From an uncultured Candidatus Saccharibacteria bacterium (GTDB taxonomy: Bacteria > Patescibacteriota > Saccharimonadia > Saccharimonadales > SZUA-47), in NCBI GenBank assembly GCA_964536485.1, contig CAZHXX010000004.1, forward strand, positions 25,457-89,456: 64,000 nucleotides of DNA. Direction: 5' to 3'. Below the pieces are notes generated by a model that searched no databases, was not told the origin of the DNA, and worked only from the letters and a program-made list of their open reading frames with translations. Positions 61,301 to 64,000 of this stretch are shown here, one piece after another (the first letter of the stretch is position 1; each line of letters begins with the position of its first letter). The position numbers and the translations under genes were made by a program.

Positions 61301-64000
61301 GTACCACCGACACCTTAACTATTGCTGCAACCCTAGGCACTACCATCACTAGTGCAGAAATAGTTGACGGAGAAATAGTTAGTGCCGACATCGCTGATGG
61401 CACCATCACCGGTACCGACATTGCTTCAGGTACCGTAGCTAACGCTAATCTCGTCAACTCCTCACTCACCGTTACCGCAGGTACTGGTCTCAGCAGTGGC
61501 GGAAGTGTTTCGCTCGGTGGCACAGTCACGTTGAGTGCAACTCTAGGAACAGACATCGTTAGTGGTGAGATTGTCGACGGAACTATTACTGCAACAGACG
61601 TTGCAGGAAACGTCTTCATTGAACTAGGCAGAGCAACAGCACAAACAGATACCTCTACAAACAGCACTATCTTCGTGAACAAGACAGGTGTCTCAGGTAA
61701 CCTTGTGCAGTTGCAAGCAAGCGCTGTAAACAAATTCGTCGTTGGCTTTGACGGCACCATAGATACAGCCAGTGTTGATGCAACCAGCATCGTTGACGGT
61801 AGTGTCACAAATACAGATCTTGCCAATAGCTCGGTTACTGCAACCGCAGGCTCAGGTCTTACGGGTGGCGGAAGTGTCTCACTTGGTGGCACGACGACCC
61901 TCAACATTGGGGCTGGTAACGGTATTACGGTTAATGCTGACGATATTGCGGTTCGAGCCGCTGCGTCTGCTGATGCCTTGTCGTCAACAACGAGCTCCGG
62001 CTCTGGTCTTGAAGTATTAGCTAGTGGTGTTGCACTCCTCCAAGGCTGTAGTGATGGACAAGTCTTAAAGTGGACAGAAAGCTCAGATGTATGGGGCTGT
62101 GCTAATGACACCGATACCAACACAGATGCTCAGACCCTCAGTCTCGTCACGAATACCTTATCTATTAGTGGTGGTAACTCAGTCTCACTGGCTAGCTACC
62201 TAGACAACACAGATAACCAGAACCTCTTCCTTACTATTAGTACTCCAGATGCAGGTAATCCTGCTGCAGATAGCTCAACAGATACGCTTACGCTTGCAAA
62301 CGGCTCAGGTATTGCTATTACCAGTAATGGCACCACCGACACCATCACTATTGCCGCTACCCTTGGTACCGACATTACAAGCGCCGAGATAGTCGATGGC
62401 ACCATCACCGGTACCGACATTGCTTCAGGTACCGTAGCTAACGCTAATCTCGTCAACTCCTCACTCACCGTTACCGCAGGTACTGGTCTCAGCAGTGGCG
62501 GAAGTGTTTCGCTCGGTGGCACAGTCACGTTGAGTGCAACTCTAGGAACAGACATCGTTAGTGGTGAGATTGTCGACGGAACTATTACTGCAACAGACGT
62601 TGCAGGAAACGTCTTCATTGAACTAGGCAGAGCAACAGCACAAACAGATACCTCTACAAACAGCACTATCTTCGTGAACAAGACAGGTGTCTCAGGTAAC
62701 CTTGTGCAGTTGCAAGCAAGCGCTGTAAACAAATTCGTCGTTGGCTTTGACGGCACCATAGATACAGCCAGTGTTGATGCAACCAGCATCGTTGACGGTA
62801 GTGTCACAAATACAGATCTTGCCAATAGCTCGGTTACTGCAACCGCAGGCTCAGGTCTTACGGGTGGCGGAAGTGTCTCACTTGGTGGCACGACGACCCT
62901 CAACATTGGGGCTGGTAACGGTATTACGGTTAATGCTAATGATATTGCAGTCACTGCCGATGGGCTGAACTTTACTGAACTGTCAGATACACTCTCGTTG
63001 GACGCCTCCACTACTATTAGTCTTGGCGCAAATAACTTCACGACAAACCTTAATAGTACCGGTGATTTTGCAATTCAGTTTGCCGGCAACACTGTATTCA
63101 GCATACTTGATACAGGGGCAGTCTCTATCGGTAATATTCTCGCAGATCAAACAATAGGAGTAGATAACGGAACCGGTACGATCAATATCTCTACCGACAG
63201 TGACGCAAATACGACCAACATTGGTACAGGTACGGCAGCCGACACGGTAACGATTGGTGATTCAAATGCAAATGTTTCGCTCACCGATGCACAATGGAGT
63301 ATTAGTGGCGCGGGTGCAGCAAGCTTTGCAAGCTTCTCTGGTTCAGGTCTTGCAGATTGTGACCAAAACGATGATACATTGAAGTGGGATAGTACGACTT
63401 CGCAGTTTAGTTGTGGAACAAATCGAGCAACCTTCCATAACATTCTTGATGGCAACTATACAAACACAACAATTACTCCAAGTGATGTTGATGCTGATGC
63501 TGACGCAACAGATGATATTGGATTTGCCGTGGGTGCAAATGAAACGTGGGTCTTTGAAATGTGGGTGAACTTCAACTCACCAGTAGCAGCTGACTCAATG
63601 TGGAATATTAATGCACCAACTGGCGCGACATGTCATACCTCTTACAACAACTTGGAGGATGGTGTCTCTATTGGAAATATGGCATGCGGTGCTTCTACAG
63701 GCAACCAAGCTACTAATGCCACTCCAGACACAAACGTTTTTGCAGGGACAATTGCTACAGGGGCAACAGCTGGAAACGTACAGCTACAATTTAGGCAGAA
63801 CGCAGCGAGCGGTACCTCTACTGTATTTGCGGGAAGTTATGTGACAGCATATAGAACTTCTGGTGCAGACTATGCAGAAACCTACTATACGAAGGAATTT
63901 GATGTCAGACAAGGAATGATAGTTGCCCTCACGGGAGAAGGACGAAGCCAAGTTGCAAAGGCGGGTGTTCCTTATGACAACCATCAGCTGGGTATTGTAA
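58354..64000 (+). CDS. Giant repetitive surface fibre protein (more than 1881 aa; 3' end beyond the window)
   Basis: The frame with position mod 3 = 1 is open from the stop at 58315-58317 to the window edge. The only start candidates are TTG at 58354 or 58357. My translation begins with the signal anchor LQKKRLFGGLFVLLSLLAVVLIVAL. After that come collagen-like GXY triplets, repeated LDNTD..LS..GN.LS..GG.SV.L modules, and Cys loops. It is not in the ORF track, probably because it has no in-window stop and a non-ATG start. Confidence 0.85.
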   Translation, partial: MLQKKRLFGGLFVLLSLLAVVLIVALRPVKVPVNGLLRQSNGTPVSDGYYDLRVVGFNAQSGLQTIEQDFQDVFVSSGQYEVPVNLNRFSATGDTYLQICRTEVPTSAKDGIETNVPDGCKQPVEEKDTFTYAECPQTISINAAGGLARLLGERQASLFSQCVYEAKDTSGNDLPLAPSEAQQPSVVALKGDKGDTGEAGLSGETGSKGETGEQGAPGKDGANGATGAAGPVGPVGPQGAIGPAGDPATDDQTLSFGGASILSIAGGNSVSLASLLDNTDTLASLSCANGQVAQWNTIAWQCASASVDTDQQTLAVIGSGAGRQLQISGGNTVGLSDNDTTYSAGTGLTLAGTAFSLATSGVSAGSYGSATQIPTLTVDAQGRITSVTTATITDADTLAGLSCSSNQVAKWNGSAWVCANDTDTNTDAQTLNLSVNTLSISGGNSVNLASYLDNTDAQTVSYSTGTKLLSISGGNTADLSSLLDNTDAQDLSLTSNTLSLTGDASTVDLTPYLDNTDTLASLSCSSGQVAQWNGSVWVCASASVDTDDQTLSYTAGTQTLTISEGNSVFLSSLLDNTDSQAISLTGNTLSISGNVGTVDLSGYLDDTVLSEAQVDSYVSNNGYLTSEVDGSTTNELQDLNLSGNTLTLTVIGSPTNIDLSPYLDNTDTQDLSLIGNTLSLVAGGSVDLSGYLDNTDAQDLTRTGNILALTNDAGTVDLSDLLDNTDSQNLFFTINAPNGTDPTADSATDTLNLADGAGITITGDSTTDTLTIASVLGTSIDSSEITDGTITFADIANNSCGTDEIFKFNGSAWYCGADNDTAVSEAAVEAFIFDADNTGTLSSGTLALGSLSYTGTLSDTNIADALTISSSGSVADGALSANVSLFGSSVDSSEITNGTVTGTDLASATILFSNIAQNGCSGNQIMKWNGSAWACAADVDTDTDAQNLFQTLNADNGTDPVADSATDTLNLVSGAGVTITGDSTTDTLTIAATLGTTITSAEIVDGEIVSADIADGTITGTDIASGTVANANLVNSSLTVTAGTGLSSGGSVSLGGTVTLSATLGTDIVSGEIVDGTITATDVAGNVFIELGRATAQTDTSTNSTIFVNKTGVSGNLVQLQASAVNKFVVGFDGTIDTASVDATSIVDGSVTNTDLANSSVTATAGSGLTGGGSVSLGGTTTLNIGAGNGITVNADDIAVRAAASADALSSTTSSGSGLEVLASGVALLQGCSDGQVLKWTESSDVWGCANDTDTNTDAQTLSLVTNTLSISGGNSVSLASYLDNTDNQNLFLTISTPDAGNPAADSSTDTLTLANGSGIAITSNGTTDTITIAATLGTDITSAEIVDGTITGTDIASGTVANANLVNSSLTVTAGTGLSSGGSVSLGGTVTLSATLGTDIVSGEIVDGTITATDVAGNVFIELGRATAQTDTSTNSTIFVNKTGVSGNLVQLQASAVNKFVVGFDGTIDTASVDATSIVDGSVTNTDLANSSVTATAGSGLTGGGSVSLGGTTTLNIGAGNGITVNANDIAVTADGLNFTELSDTLSLDASTTISLGANNFTTNLNSTGDFAIQFAGNTVFSILDTGAVSIGNILADQTIGVDNGTGTINISTDSDANTTNIGTGTAADTVTIGDSNANVSLTDAQWSISGAGAASFASFSGSGLADCDQNDDTLKWDSTTSQFSCGTNRATFHNILDGNYTNTTITPSDVDADADATDDIGFAVGANETWVFEMWVNFNSPVAADSMWNINAPTGATCHTSYNNLEDGVSIGNMACGASTGNQATNATPDTNVFAGTIATGATAGNVQLQFRQNAASGTSTVFAGSYVTAYRTSGADYAETYYTKEFDVRQGMIVALTGEGRSQVAKAGVPYDNHQLGIV
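58924..59094 (+). repeat. Collagen-like Gly-X-Y tract (19 uninterrupted triplets) inside the giant gene
   Basis: GDKGDTGEAGLSGETGSKGETGEQGAPGKDGANGATGAAGPVGPVGPQGAIGPAGDP, read in frame. Confidence 0.9.
61396..61938 (+). repeat. 543-bp perfect direct repeat, copy 1 (in frame, inside the giant gene)
   Basis: Compared line by line with 62395..62937 and found identical. The offset is 999 bp (333 codons). Confidence 0.9.
62395..62937 (+). repeat. 543-bp perfect direct repeat, copy 2
   Basis: See copy 1. The flanks on both sides are related at the protein-repeat level only and clearly diverged at the nucleotide level. Confidence 0.9.

Noticed and set aside
59100-63000. Regularly spaced nucleotide repeats that might suggest a CRISPR array or tandem satellite
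   Set aside because: The repeats are in frame, vary in length and sequence, have no unique-spacer architecture, and translate into coherent protein modules. No cas genes are present.
61101-63041. Two long minus-strand ORFs (340 and 281 aa) with identical internal segments
   Set aside because: They are antisense shadows of the giant plus-strand fibre gene. Their products are P/S/V/T-rich, and the shared identity simply mirrors the 543-bp duplication. The plus frame carries collagen triplets and is continuous for more than 5.6 kb.

Overview
This 64-kb window is tightly packed bacterial sequence. I call about 70 protein genes and 2 tRNAs, and find no rRNA, CRISPR array or intact mobile element. 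By inference the source is a reduced-genome CPR/Patescibacteria organism, most like Saccharibacteria. The supporting content is a type IV pilus cluster, a sortase with a substrate, short HrcA, TilS and TsaB, salvage-type nucleotide hydrolases and kinases, and few biosynthetic genes.

Recognisable core genes:
- a two-component pair (the histidine kinase runs off the left edge)
- an RRM RNA-binding protein and a P-type ATPase
- tilS-ftsH-murJ-lepA
- a CIRCE/HrcA heat-shock regulon (hrcA-grpE, dnaK, dnaJ)
- a Pif1-like helicase
- yebC-ruvCAB, recA-recX, tsaE-tsaB and rny
- pilB-pilC-pilin-pilMNO

Observations most worth a second look:
1. A surface-fibre gene longer than 5.6 kb at 58354 to beyond 64000. 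It starts at TTG and is open to the window edge, so it is absent from the ORF track. It has a signal anchor, 19 collagen-like Gly-X-Y triplets, at least 9 LDNTD-type repeats, 7 Cys-loop modules and a 543-bp perfect internal duplication.
2. A class-2-type dihydroorotate dehydrogenase homologue with a Cys in the catalytic-base position, translationally coupled (ATGA overlap) to a VKOR.
3. An AT-richer block with two tandem stand-alone ATP-grasp ligases, a DUF192 protein and membrane proteins.
4. A four-gene redox operon: exported Cys/His-rich protein, CcdA, stand-alone ATP-cone, and an FAD disulfide reductase with a CX6C tail.
5. An 850-bp non-coding gap with a consensus promoter, a 49-aa micro-ORF ending in CPFC, and seven consecutive hairpins.
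6. A tRNA(CAU) with a displaced duplicate of its 3' end plus terminator, and a GH10 gene remnant next to tRNA-Lys.
7. A surface protein with a beta-strand repeat resembling autotransporter-associated repeats and an APDTG sorting signal, next to a sortase with a long N-terminal extension.

All function calls come from motifs I read in the translations. No database search was run.
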